From a virus (taxonomy: Duplodnaviria > Caudoviricetes), in the IMG/VR virus record IMGVR_UViG_3300012988_000019, positions 1 to 54,102 of that record: a DNA stretch of 54,102 nucleotides; one strand, written 5' to 3'. Within the stretch, counting starts at the first letter, position 1. Each line of letters begins with the position of its first letter. The notes beneath the pieces are model-generated. The model was not told the origin of the DNA and did no database searches. It saw only the letters and a program-made list of their open reading frames with translations. Shown one piece after another: positions 1 through 9,432 of this stretch. Made by a program: the position numbers and the translations under genes.

Positions 1-2
1 AA

Positions 3-1085
3 CGAGTCCACCAGCGGGTAGTCCGAGCGCTGGCCCGGGATGACCTTGAGACCGCGGTAGGCCTCGTTGGCGTGCTCCCGCAGGCCGATGGGGTTGGAGA
101 TGTTGTCCTGCCCACCGGTCACCACCGAGACCAGGTAGCCGGCCGGGATGTAGCCCTCCTCGACCACGTGGAACGGGCCGTAGGTGCCGATCTCGCCCTC
201 GACGGTGCCCTGCGGGCCACCGACGTACTGGCCGTTGTTGGGCACCCAGACCGCACCGCCGTAGGTCGACGGGTTCGGCACGAAGTCGTACATCGCGCCG
301 GTGGTGGTCCGGAACGTCTTGATGACGTCGGCCTCCTGCTTGTTCACCCAGAGCACGGTGCGGTAGCCGTTCTGGAGCGTGTAGCCGTGCTCCTCCGTGG
401 CCCGCGCCAGGGTGTCGAGGTCCTGGCTGCGGACGGCCGCCGCACCCGAGACCAGGTAGTGGTTGTGGTTGCCGGCGAAGGTGTTCTGCTTGTACTTCGG
501 CGGCAGCTCACCGTCACCGTTGTAGAAGCCGAAGACCGTGATCGGCTCGTTCTTGTCGGTGATGCCCTGCGAGTTGAGCGGGTTGAACAGCCGCTCCATG
601 ACCTTGCGGAAGAGCAGCTTGGTGTCCGCCTCCAGCGCCATGTTGTGGTTCTGACGCAGCTGCTGCGCGCCGGCCTCCGCGATGAACATCCAGGTGTACC
701 GGATGGCCAGGTCGTAGAAGTCGAAGTCGAACCCGCGGAAGAACCGGGTCGCGGTCCCGCGGATGCCGACCGGCTGGCCGTACTCGGAGGCCCGCTCGAA
801 GTCGACCTCGGACGGCACCTGGACCTCCTCGACGATGCCGTTCACGCGGACCGAGAGCGCGTCGATGATGCGGTTCCGGTCGCGGTTGCGGATCGCGATG
901 GTGGCCTGGACCTCGTTCCAGAAGTCGTTGAGGTCCGTGCCGTCGGCGGCGACGATGACGTCGGCCCGCTCGTTGAAGCCCTGCTCGCCACCACGGATGA
1001 GGTAGCGGTCGAGCTCGTGGGAGCCCGCGGCGTTGAACCAGTCGAGGTACTCCGCCGGGGAGATGATGGTGGGCGTCTGACCCAT
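3..1085 (-). CDS. Major capsid protein (3' end runs off window)
   Basis: Not in ORF track. ATG at 1085 with AAGGAG RBS; open to the window edge (MGQTPTII...DFERASEYGQPVGIR...GFDFDFYDLAIRYTW...NPIGLREH...YPLVDS). Follows the scaffold and decoration genes; strong GC3 bias. Confidence 0.85.
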   Translation of the reverse strand, partial: MGQTPTIISPAEYLDWFNAAGSHELDRYLIRGGEQGFNERADVIVAADGTDLNDFWNEVQATIAIRNRDRNRIIDALSVRVNGIVEEVQVPSEVDFERASEYGQPVGIRGTATRFFRGFDFDFYDLAIRYTWMFIAEAGAQQLRQNHNMALEADTKLLFRKVMERLFNPLNSQGITDKNEPITVFGFYNGDGELPPKYKQNTFAGNHNHYLVSGAAAVRSQDLDTLARATEEHGYTLQNGYRTVLWVNKQEADVIKTFRTTTGAMYDFVPNPSTYGGAVWVPNNGQYVGGPQGTVEGEIGTYGPFHVVEEGYIPAGYLVSVVTGGQDNISNPIGLREHANEAYRGLKVIPGQRSDYPLVDS

Positions 1086-1125
1086 GGTGGTTGTCTCCTT
1101 GTTTTTCAGTGGATCGACGGAGGGA

Positions 1126-1581
1126 TCAGGCCGCGGCCGGGGCGGGCGCCGCGAACCGGACGACCAGGCGGCCGGCCTCGACGGTCCAGCCGATGGGCAT
1201 GTTGGTGCCCGCGGTCAGGGTCAGCGCGCCGGCGGAGGTCACGTAGACCTTGCTGCCGGCCAGGAAGACCGTCGGGTCGAGGTCGACGATCTCGCCCTGG
1301 GTCATGACGTCGACGACGTCACCCGCGCGGGCGCCGATGAACGCGGCGGGGTTCGGGTCGCCGGCACGCAGCGAGGTGTCCCACTGGCCGACCGGGCCGC
1401 GGGCCACGTTCTTCACCACGACACCGACGATGCCGGTCTGGCCGCCCGAGCCGACGACCAGGCGGCCGGCGGAGTTGAGCGAGACACCCCCGATGAAGCC
1501 GCCGTCGGTGAGGGTGAGCGCCGCGGCGAGACGCGCGCGGAACCCACCGGAGATCGGGTCGTACTTGTCGTACCGAGCCAT
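1126..1581 (-). CDS. Head decoration / capsid-associated protein
   Basis: 151 aa Gly/Ala/Val-rich protein between scaffold and capsid; AAGGAGGAG RBS. Confidence 0.65.
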   Translation of the reverse strand: MARYDKYDPISGGFRARLAAALTLTDGGFIGGVSLNSAGRLVVGSGGQTGIVGVVVKNVARGPVGQWDTSLRAGDPNPAAFIGARAGDVVDVMTQGEIVDLDPTVFLAGSKVYVTSAGALTLTAGTNMPIGWTVEAGRLVVRFAAPAPAAA

Positions 1582-1626
1582 GAGTGGCTCCTCCTTGTTC
1601 TGCGGTGTGGAAGAGGGATGGAAGGA

Positions 1627-2295
1627 TCAGAGCCCGGGGTACTGCTTGCGGAAGGTCTCCTCCGTCGTCTCGGGCTTCTTGCTCTTGGAGCCCCCGAACT
1701 GCTCGCCCGTGGGCTCGCCGTCGGTGGTGCCCCGGCGGATGAAGTGCGGCTTCTTGGCGGCGAGTGCCTTGACCGCCTTCTCGACCGCCTTGAGATCCAC
1801 CGTGACGTCCGAGGGGTCCTCGTCGTCCTGCTCGATGGTGATGGACTCCTTGTCCACACCCGAGATGGCGTCGTCGATGTCGAGGAAGTTCAGCTTCTGA
1901 GCCGCCTTCTCGATGGCGGAGTTCAGCTCGCGGGTCCGGTAGCCCTGGGCCAGCTTCTCAGCCTTGGCCTCGGCCTTCTCCCGCTTGATGCGCTCCTGCT
2001 CGATCTCGGTCTTCTCCTCGAGCTCGCGCTGCTCCTGAGCAGCCCGGAGCTTGCGGTTCTCGCGCTCGAGCGCCTTGTTCTTGGCACGCTCCTTGTTGAG
2101 GCCCGTCTTGAGACCCTTGAGCGGGTCATCGTCGTCGGGCGAGTCGTCGTCGTGCTCCTCGGACGCGTTGGGGTCGTCCTGGGGGTCCTCCTGACCGCCA
2201 GTCGGGTCACCCGCGGGGTCGCCCCCGCTGGAGTCGTCCTCGCCCTCCGCACCGATGATGAAGGGGGGGAGCAGTCGCTCGAGCTCGTTGTCCAT
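1627..2295 (-). CDS. Capsid scaffolding protein
   Basis: Acidic N-terminus and coiled-coil middle; lies between portal and capsid. Confidence 0.8.
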   Translation of the reverse strand: MDNELERLLPPFIIGAEGEDDSSGGDPAGDPTGGQEDPQDDPNASEEHDDDSPDDDDPLKGLKTGLNKERAKNKALERENRKLRAAQEQRELEEKTEIEQERIKREKAEAKAEKLAQGYRTRELNSAIEKAAQKLNFLDIDDAISGVDKESITIEQDDEDPSDVTVDLKAVEKAVKALAAKKPHFIRRGTTDGEPTGEQFGGSKSKKPETTEETFRKQYPGL

Positions 2296-2355
2296 GGTTG
2301 ATCCTTCCCGCGCATCCCGCGCGTGTTTCGTTGGAGCATCTCGCTCCGGTGAGTA

Positions 2356-3900
2356 CTACGCTTCGGTGCCCGAGCTTTCGTTCGGACGGTCCTTGTTGTT
2401 GCTCGAGTTCTGATCCTCGAGCGTGTTCCCGTCGGTCGACGTCTCGTCGTCCTCGGAAGTCTCTTCGTCGTCGCCCTGGTCCTCCTGCTGGTTCTTGGAG
2501 ACCGCGTTGCGAGCGAGGTCCTCGTCGATCTGGTCCTGGATGTTGCGGGGGAACTCGTACCCCAGCTTCTCCATCTCGTCGCGGTAGTACTTCGTCGAGA
2601 TGACCCGTCGGTCGAGCATGTTGTTGAGCTCCTCGACCTTGGCCTTGCGGTCAGTCGGGAGCTTGTCACCGATGGTCGGAACGACCTCGCCCTCGAGCGC
2701 CTCGTGCTCGAAGACCTCGTGCCAAACCATCCAGTCGTAGAAGAGCTGCTTGAGCCGAGCGATACCGGCCTGGTCTCGCTGCTCGACCTTGGCGAGCGTT
2801 GGCATGAACTTGATCGCCAGCGCGATACCGGACTGAGCCACCTGAGCATCGACCTTGCCGAGGGCCACGTCGCTCAGCGAGGCGCCCTCCATCATCTTCC
2901 GCTCGATGTAGCTGATCTGGTCCGTGGCAGGGGTGATCGACGTGACCCCCTCGACGCGGCGGAAGTAGGAGCCCTGAGGCACCTCCATGACTCGACCCGG
3001 GGCGACCTCCCAGTCGACCTCCGCGCCGGAGTCGTTCACCGGACGGCCACCGTCCGTGGCGTAGACACCCAGGCCCTCAAGCGAGAGCGAAGCCGAGACG
3101 TCAGTCGCGCTCTGCGAGACCGTCTGGAGCAGCGACTCGAAGCCGCGCAGCTCGGAAGAACCGAAGTCCTCCCCGTCCCAGGCCCGGTTACGGAACCAGT
3201 AGACGGGGATGGTGTCGATGCGCTGGTCCAGGTAGCCCTTGGCGAGGATGGTGCGCACCAGCTTGGGCTGCTCGCCGTACCACTTCGGCTCGAGCTCGTA
3301 GATGCCCTGCTGGCGGCTCACCCGGCGGTTGCCGAGCTCATCCTCCTCGAGCTCATACGTCAGCTTGTTGACGTAGCTCTTGTTGTCGTTCGGGTCGTTG
3401 TAGACCGTGACGAGGTGGCACTTGAGCATCTTGTCCGGCGTGTGCATGTCCCACACCGGGAAGACCGACCCGGGGTCGACCGAGTTCAGCGAGAGGCGTC
3501 GCCCCTCCCTCTTCTTGGGGTTACCGGTGAGGTGGAAGACGAAGTCTCCCTTGGCGACACCGGCATGCTTGGCGGTGTGGAACCTCGAGTAGAAGGCCTC
3601 CCGGTCCAGAAAGGCCTGCAGCGTCTTCTTGGTAGCAGCCGATCCACCATCAACCACCAGCTCCAGACCCTTGAGGATGTAGTAGGCAGTCGTGTCGACG
3701 ATCACTCGAGCGTTCGGGATGTACAGCGGCTGCTCACCCTCGAGCACTCGCAGCGAGAACTGGCGCGGCTCGTTCTGGTAGAGCTCGTTGTACTTCTCGT
3801 AGGCCGCGATGCGGTCCTGCTCGTCCTGGGGGATCCAGACTGGTCGAGCAACACCGAGGAATCGGCGTACGCTGGACCACTGGTTCGGGTCGTCGCTCAT
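2356..3900 (-). CDS. Portal protein
   Basis: 514 aa directly downstream of terminase; AQSGIALAIKFMP motif resembles SPP1-like portals. Confidence 0.85.
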   Translation of the reverse strand: MSDDPNQWSSVRRFLGVARPVWIPQDEQDRIAAYEKYNELYQNEPRQFSLRVLEGEQPLYIPNARVIVDTTAYYILKGLELVVDGGSAATKKTLQAFLDREAFYSRFHTAKHAGVAKGDFVFHLTGNPKKREGRRLSLNSVDPGSVFPVWDMHTPDKMLKCHLVTVYNDPNDNKSYVNKLTYELEEDELGNRRVSRQQGIYELEPKWYGEQPKLVRTILAKGYLDQRIDTIPVYWFRNRAWDGEDFGSSELRGFESLLQTVSQSATDVSASLSLEGLGVYATDGGRPVNDSGAEVDWEVAPGRVMEVPQGSYFRRVEGVTSITPATDQISYIERKMMEGASLSDVALGKVDAQVAQSGIALAIKFMPTLAKVEQRDQAGIARLKQLFYDWMVWHEVFEHEALEGEVVPTIGDKLPTDRKAKVEELNNMLDRRVISTKYYRDEMEKLGYEFPRNIQDQIDEDLARNAVSKNQQEDQGDDEETSEDDETSTDGNTLEDQNSSNNKDRPNESSGTEA

Positions 3901-5297
3901 GCTGCCCTCCTCGACTTCCTAACGGAGCTCTGTCGGCTCTGGCGCTTGGCCGTATCGAACTGTTCCATGTGTCCCTTGAAGAACCGCCCCAGGGCCTCAG
4001 GACCGTGGTTGTCCTTGTCCAGCGGCATCTCACTGTCGTTGCGCATGTCGCTGTGAGACTCGGGCCAACGGTAGCCCTCTCGCATCTCCCAGATCAGCTT
4101 GGTGCAGCGTCGGTCGACCTGCAGACCGGGCTTCTTGTCGGGGTGGTCATCGGGCAGCCGCTCCGGACGAAGCTTCAGCGCCGAGCGGATCAGCCGAAGT
4201 CGAACCTTCAGCTCACCACCCGTGTTGGTCTTGACCGGCACTCCGAGGTGACGGCGGAGGATCGCCGAGTCATCCGGCGCGGCCGGGTCGGCGTAGATCG
4301 CGACGAGCTTCTGGGTCAGCGGGTGATCCTTCAGTTCGTTGCGAGCGATGTCCTCAGTGTCGCGCATCCGGAAGCGGTGCTCCCCGATCACGTAGACGAA
4401 CTTCTCCCAGGGGTCGACCTGGATCCAGAGCCAGACCCAGTCGTTCGTGTAGCCGTAGTCGACCGCGGCGTAGAGGGGCCAGTCCGGGTTGTACCGGATA
4501 TCGGCAACGTGATCCTCGTCGTCCCACTCCTTCATGACGCGGCCCTGGCGCTGGATGAACTCGCCACCGTACTGCCGACGGAACTCATCCTCGGTCAGGT
4601 CGTCCTCAGCCTCGAGGATCTCGGGGTCGTTGCGCCCTCCGGGGAAGACGATGGTGTTCGTCCAGCTCGGCATGCGCCAGGATCGCCACTGCGTCTTGGT
4701 CGGGTCCTGACCACGGTTGTATGCCCAGTAGAGCAGCGAGTTCTCGCTGGCGTCCTCAGGCACCCCAGACATCAGGCTCATGCCTCGCTTGTCGGAGAGC
4801 GCGGGTCGGACGTAGTCACCGAACATGCGGCGACGGTGTCGACCGGCCTCGACCAGCAGCACGAAGTCCAGACCCTCACCGACCAGGCTCTCGGGGTGAC
4901 GCGCAGAGCGGCACTCGATGTCGAAACCCCAGCGGGTGCGGATGTGCATGTTGCCGTTCTCGACGTTGTTCAGGAACTTGGAACTGACAGTGTCAATCCC
5001 CAGCTTCTTGAACGTGTCGTAGATGATCCGGAACTCCTTCTCGCAGTCGGAGTACTCCGGACCAATGATCCATCCGCGCATGGGCTCACCGCGCCAGTTG
5101 CGGACGAATGCCAGGCACTCCGACTCCTTACCACCGAGCATCGTCTTGCCCCAGCGTCGGCCGTTGCAGAGAACTCGGTGGCGAGTGTTGTCGTAGTGGA
5201 TGATCTGCTGGCCCCGGTGTGGACGGTACTCCGTCTTGTCGAAGTAGACGTCCTTCCGGAAAACCAGGCCCTCTTCACTGGGCAGCTCTAGCGGCAT
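3897..5297 (-). CDS. Terminase large subunit
   Basis: Walker A GRRWGKT, GEGLDFVLLVEA Walker B region, nuclease AVDYG and DKDNHGPEALGR. Confidence 0.95.
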   Translation of the reverse strand: MPLELPSEEGLVFRKDVYFDKTEYRPHRGQQIIHYDNTRHRVLCNGRRWGKTMLGGKESECLAFVRNWRGEPMRGWIIGPEYSDCEKEFRIIYDTFKKLGIDTVSSKFLNNVENGNMHIRTRWGFDIECRSARHPESLVGEGLDFVLLVEAGRHRRRMFGDYVRPALSDKRGMSLMSGVPEDASENSLLYWAYNRGQDPTKTQWRSWRMPSWTNTIVFPGGRNDPEILEAEDDLTEDEFRRQYGGEFIQRQGRVMKEWDDEDHVADIRYNPDWPLYAAVDYGYTNDWVWLWIQVDPWEKFVYVIGEHRFRMRDTEDIARNELKDHPLTQKLVAIYADPAAPDDSAILRRHLGVPVKTNTGGELKVRLRLIRSALKLRPERLPDDHPDKKPGLQVDRRCTKLIWEMREGYRWPESHSDMRNDSEMPLDKDNHGPEALGRFFKGHMEQFDTAKRQSRQSSVRKSRRAA

Positions 5298-5423
5298 GCG
5301 CGAATCCCTCGCGTTCTTGTCAAGCTCGATGCCCGATCACTCAGCGCGACCCCCTACAGGCAATTTGAGTCAACCTGGGGGGCCGTCTGAAGGCATCTCG
5401 CCGCATGATCGCGCATCGCGCGT

Positions 5424-5708
5424 TTAGTAGGGGTAAGGCGTCTCCCGATAGCGGTCGGCCTCAGCCTGTCGTATCTGCCGCTGTCGCTCCTCCCGAGCGT
5501 AGCGGTCCGCCTCTGCAGCTCGCGGGTCCGGCCTCTGCCCACCATACCAATGGTAGGGATCGACCGGCGCGCGGCTGTCTTCCTCCTGCCCCGTCAGCGA
5601 CTGAAGCCGGAGCCTGTCAGAGGCCGTCAGAGCGTCAGTCCCCTTCGGGTGGACGGTGTTAGGCATCACGCCGCCGCCGTCGTATTCCGAGTGATCCTCC
5701 ACACCCAT
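5424..5708 (-). CDS. Hypothetical protein
   Basis: 94 aa; AAAGGAGG RBS; in operon. Confidence 0.6.
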   Translation of the reverse strand: MGVEDHSEYDGGGVMPNTVHPKGTDALTASDRLRLQSLTGQEEDSRAPVDPYHWYGGQRPDPRAAEADRYAREERQRQIRQAEADRYRETPYPY

Positions 5709-5721
5709 GATCGGCCTCCTT

Positions 5722-6075
5722 TCAGTACCAGGTTGGGGTCAGCTCGCCATCGGTGACTGCGATGACGAGGTGACTGAGTGGTTCGACCCTCTGGGCGAGG
5801 TCGACCCGAGATGGACCGACCCCGCCGCCGGGGTGAGAATGCCAGAGGGTGAGCTTCTCGAGTGTCGCCAAGGAAAGAGGCAGGTGGTTGGAGAGAAGTA
5901 CCTTCTGGATCTCAAGCCTGCTGACTGTGAACCTGTTGGTCGGGTTCTCAGCCTCGTTGGGGAGCTGAACCACCGTGCCGTCCGGTAGGATCAGCCCAGC
6001 GGCCTCGTTCGGCATCTCGGGCAGGATGATCTGCTCGAGCTGCCTCATCAGCCGGGGCGTCAGGACGTGCAGCAC
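5722..6075 (-). CDS. JAB/MPN (JAMM) metalloprotease
   Basis: EAAGLI...WHSHPGGGVGPSRVD matches E...HxH-x7-S-x2-D. Confidence 0.85.
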   Translation of the reverse strand: MLHVLTPRLMRQLEQIILPEMPNEAAGLILPDGTVVQLPNEAENPTNRFTVSRLEIQKVLLSNHLPLSLATLEKLTLWHSHPGGGVGPSRVDLAQRVEPLSHLVIAVTDGELTPTWY

Positions 6076-6346
6076 TGGTACCTCCGAAGATGGCCATCAG
6101 ATCACCCTCGTCGAGGATGCCCTTCTGAGCCAGTCGTTCGATCATGCGGAGCGTGAGCCCCGCGGTCTGGGCCTCGATAGCCCCCGGCACTCGCTCCCGG
6201 GGTGCCTGGCGTCGAGGTGTGGGGCCGGGCTGCAGCGGGATCAGCTCGTCAGTAAGAGTGAACCGATGGTACTTGTCACCGTGCAGCTCGCGGATGGTGC
6301 TGCAGACCCCGCAGACATCGTCAGGGCCATTCTGGATGTCAGCCAT
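5948..6346 (-). CDS. Hypothetical protein (CxxC/His N-terminus)
   Basis: Coupled to the upstream gene; C-terminus overlaps the JAB gene. Confidence 0.6.
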   Translation of the reverse strand: MADIQNGPDDVCGVCSTIRELHGDKYHRFTLTDELIPLQPGPTPRRQAPRERVPGAIEAQTAGLTLRMIERLAQKGILDEGDLMAIFGGTSAARPDAPADEAARADHPARDAERGRWADPTGRHGGSAPQRG

Positions 6347-7040
6347 CGCCGAGCTCCGATTCGTCGAAGTCCTCGGAAACCTGAGCAGCCATCTCCATGG
6401 TGATGCCCGGGTAGTGAGCCACCGAGTAACCCTGGCCCGTGTCGGGGTTCATCGCCGCCTGGGAGGGGTTCACCATCACCTGGCCGAGGATGCCCTGCAG
6501 CTTGACCGAGACATCGGCCTCGAGTCGCTGCTTGGGCTTGCCAACCACGTGCTCGATCAGGAACTTGGCCGCCTCGAGCTTCGTACCTGCCGGTACGATC
6601 GGCTTGCCCTTGTCGTCGTAGTCCTCGTTCTCGAGGATGTTCTTGATCGCCTGGACCGCGTCAACGGTCGTGGCGTTCATCTCCGACTTGATCGCGGCAG
6701 TGTACCGCTCCATGGCCTGTTCGTGAACAGCCGCGGTGATCCACTTCGGCGCTCGACCTCGGAAGGTCCCATCGGCAGAGCGAGGGCGGCCGTGAGCCAG
6801 CTCTTCCAGGTCCCACTCGTCGAGCGGCTTCTGGAAGAGGTAGTCAGCCTCCTGCTCAGTCATTCGTTCCGAGCGAGCCATCTTGCGTCGGGCTCGAGCT
6901 CGGATCTGCTTGGGCGTCAGGAGCTTGCCTTCCGCGGTGCGGGGCGGCTCTCGACGAGCCAGCTGGTCCTGGATGACCCCGGACTTGTGCTGACGATGGT
7001 CAGGGCTGTTCCTGAAGTCCACTGTCATCACGGATGCCAT
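6339..7040 (-). CDS. Putative terminase small subunit
   Basis: ATG 7040 with GAGGAGG RBS; helical 233 aa protein upstream of terminase (KLEAAKFLIEHVVGKPKQ). Confidence 0.6.
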   Translation of the reverse strand: MASVMTVDFRNSPDHRQHKSGVIQDQLARREPPRTAEGKLLTPKQIRARARRKMARSERMTEQEADYLFQKPLDEWDLEELAHGRPRSADGTFRGRAPKWITAAVHEQAMERYTAAIKSEMNATTVDAVQAIKNILENEDYDDKGKPIVPAGTKLEAAKFLIEHVVGKPKQRLEADVSVKLQGILGQVMVNPSQAAMNPDTGQGYSVAHYPGITMEMAAQVSEDFDESELGDG

Positions 7041-7305
7041 CGTCAACACCTCCTCGGCGCGGCTGAAGCTTGCCCAGTCGACCGGTCCTGGGCAGATCGT
7101 CCGTATCGCGCTTGGTGGTGCGCGCTCGAGCATCGATGTGAGGCGATGCGTGCGAGGCGATCTGGATGCCTCTGACGCCGCCCTGTCGAGCGGTCGAGCG
7201 CTGCAGCAGCATGCGATTACGGCGGTCGAGCTCCTTCAGCTGGCGGTAGATGCGGACCTGGTACGCGAGAATCGCCAGCCCGAGAGCAAGGAGCAGGAAG
7301 TCCAT
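7000..7305 (-). CDS. Small membrane-anchored protein
   Basis: AAGGAGG RBS; N-terminal hydrophobic helix MDFLLLALGLAILAY. Confidence 0.65.
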   Translation of the reverse strand: MDFLLLALGLAILAYQVRIYRQLKELDRRNRMLLQRSTARQGGVRGIQIASHASPHIDARARTTKRDTDDLPRTGRLGKLQPRRGGVDDGIRDDSGLQEQP

Positions 7306-7506
7306 GGCTTTCCTCCTTGAGCTTGCCTCTATGAGGCAACGAGTCTGGATTGTGTGCACTCTATCAAGGCATCTGTTCATCGCGCAAGGGGACGCATCGG
7401 ACACCGTTCCCCAGCGGGCCCGAAGTTCATTCCTGTCAGCGAGTCATCCCACACCAATCGAGGCCGATCTCCGAAGAGACCGACCCCGAGAGGTAGTGCG
7501 TGATCG

Positions 7507-8646
7507 TCAGATCGTGTGGCGGCGGCGGTAGGCGACCGCCCCGACCGTGCCGGCACCGGCGGCGAGCAGCGCACCGGCGGTCCCGAGGGCGCCGAGGTCG
7601 GACCCGGTGTGGGCGAGCTCGGTGTCGTCGTTGGCCGGCGCGGCGACCTTGGCCGGGGTGACCGGCGCGGTGACCGTGACCGGGGCGGTGACGGAGATCG
7701 GCGTCGTGATCACCGGGTTGTCGACCGGCGTCGTCGGCTCCTCGACCGGGGTCTCGGGGTCGGTCGGGTCCTCGGGGTCGACGGGCGTCTCACCCGGCTC
7801 CTCCTCGCAGACCGTCGGGGCGATGTACTCCTGTCCGGGGTCGATCATCTCCGTGATGCCCTCGCCGGACCGCTCGTTCCCCGTCGGCTCGTAGCTGGCG
7901 TCGGGGGCCTTCCAGCCGGCGTCGCGCCAGACCAGCTCGGTCGAGTCCTCGGTGCCCGGGATGTAGTCCGGGTTCGGGATGGTCGGACCGGTGTAGTCCG
8001 GGTTGGGGATCGTCTCGTCGCCCTCGGCGTCGTGGTTGACGGTCTCGGTCCAGGCCTCGCGGATGGTGACCGTCTCGTCCCAGGCCTCCTTGATCAGGGC
8101 ACCCGGGCGGGTCTGGCCGGTCTGGGTGTAGCGGTACTCCGTGGAGACCTTGCGCTTCTTGCCGTCGGTCGACTGCACCGCCGAGTGCGGGCCGGCCTCG
8201 GTGAAGTTGGCGTCGGCCCACTTGGTCGAGTTGCCCGACCAGTTCTCCCAGCCGAAGGTCTCGCCGGTGTTGACCCAGCCCAGCCACCCGGTCTGCTGCT
8301 GGATGATGCCGCGGACCTGCTTGATGTACAGGTACTCGGTGGCGTACTCGGCGTCGTGGTGGATGACCGTGGTCTCCGCCGGGTGGTTGATCGTCTCGGT
8401 CCAGGCCGGCTTGTAGTCGGGGTTCGGGATCGTCGGCGAGACCGGGTTCGGCAGCGTCTCCTCGCCCTGGGCGGGGGTGCCGGCGATGGTGTGGAGGTAC
8501 TCGTACTGCACCGCGTAGGTCGGCGCGATGTACTCCTGGCCCGGGTCGGGCACGCACTCGGTGGCCGAGGCGATGGGGGCGAAGATCAGGCCGAGGGCGA
8601 TGGCGCCCGGGGCGGCGAGGGTGTAGAGGAAGCGCGACTTGCGCAT
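7507..8646 (-). CDS. Secreted sortase-anchored (LAxTG) cell-wall protein
   Basis: Signal peptide (ASA/TE), Pro/Thr-rich linker, LAHTG, hydrophobic helix, RRRH tail. Confidence 0.85.
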   Translation of the reverse strand: MRKSRFLYTLAAPGAIALGLIFAPIASATECVPDPGQEYIAPTYAVQYEYLHTIAGTPAQGEETLPNPVSPTIPNPDYKPAWTETINHPAETTVIHHDAEYATEYLYIKQVRGIIQQQTGWLGWVNTGETFGWENWSGNSTKWADANFTEAGPHSAVQSTDGKKRKVSTEYRYTQTGQTRPGALIKEAWDETVTIREAWTETVNHDAEGDETIPNPDYTGPTIPNPDYIPGTEDSTELVWRDAGWKAPDASYEPTGNERSGEGITEMIDPGQEYIAPTVCEEEPGETPVDPEDPTDPETPVEEPTTPVDNPVITTPISVTAPVTVTAPVTPAKVAAPANDDTELAHTGSDLGALGTAGALLAAGAGTVGAVAYRRRHTI

Positions 8647-8658
8647 GAGAGGCTCCTG

Positions 8659-8901
8659 TCAGGCCCGCTGAAGCGAGGCCGTACGGCTGATGTAGATCGG
8701 GAAGTCGTACTCCTCGACTCGAACCTCGATGGACTGTCGAGAGTTCGTGGGGGTCGCGGAGATCAGTGTCAGGGGCTCAGGCTCACCCTTGACGTTGTGG
8801 AGGAAGCGCGTCCCCTGCGCTCCGACCAGGTTAGTTGCCGGGAAGAACTTCTCCTTAGACCAGTCATTGGTCCCCGGCAGCTCGAATCGTCGTGCGGTCA
8901 T
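8659..8901 (-). CDS. Hypothetical protein (leaderless)
   Basis: 80 aa; promoter -10 ends 7 nt upstream of the ATG. Confidence 0.65.
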   Translation of the reverse strand: MTARRFELPGTNDWSKEKFFPATNLVGAQGTRFLHNVKGEPEPLTLISATPTNSRQSIEVRVEEYDFPIYISRTASLQRA

Positions 8902-8908
8902 AGCAGTA

Positions 8909-8937
8909 ATACTAGGCTACTGCGTACCGGATGTCAA
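8909..8937 (-). promoter_or_regulatory. SigA-type promoter TTGACA-17-TAGTAT
   Basis: Consensus boxes with 17 bp spacer. Confidence 0.8.
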
Positions 8938-9432
8938 CGACGAATCGAGTGCCGGAGCGGGAACTTCATCCGGTTCCACACCCGGTTGGTGAGCCGCATC
9001 GCGACCCAGAGCGGAACCACCTTCTTCACCCACTTCCTCTCCTCGCTGAGGAGGTAGTAGGTCTTGCCGGCGTCGTTCGAACGCCTCGCCGCGGCGGCGG
9101 TTCTGCCAGATCATGTCGCCGACCCCGATCCAGTCCGCCGGGTCGGTCGTCAGCGGGTTGAGGTTCTCGAAGTTCAGCAGCCGCTGCAGGGTCTGCAGGC
9201 TGTACGAGGCCGACATGCCCGAGTGCCCCTGCTGGCTGAAGCGGATCACCAGGTCCATGATGTCGTACGCCATCTGGCGGTTCATCTTGTCCGAGCCGGG
9301 GTAGCCCATGCCGCTCAGCTCACGCATGGCGTGCAGCACGAGGTTGCTCTCGAAGCTGGCGTCGTAGTCGGAGTCCCGCCACTGCGGGAACTCAGCGCGG
9401 CGATCACGCAGGGGCTTGTCGCTGGTGATCAT
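8934..9432 (-). pseudogene. Phage protein (FSQQGHSGMSA motif) with apparent frameshift near 9078
   Basis: After ...WQNRRRGEAF the adjacent frame reads NDAGKTYYLL... to TGA at 8934. Confidence 0.6.

Noticed and set aside
1850-1858. TTGTCCACA DnaA-box match (also about 30192)
   Set aside because: Isolated, intragenic, and explained by overlap with the TCCACACC motif.
72-5291. Long plus-strand ORFs (72-1307, 1084-2301, 2704-4056, 3969-5291) and similar ones elsewhere (20955-22913, 33142-35166, 39756-41402)
   Set aside because: Antisense shadows of high-GC3 minus-strand genes; no RBS or recognisable motifs.
2300-7390. Shared GCGAGATGC / TGCGCGAT words upstream of scaffold, terminase and the 7305 gene as a late-promoter motif
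   Set aside because: Too short, GC-rich and inconsistently spaced to support without a motif search.
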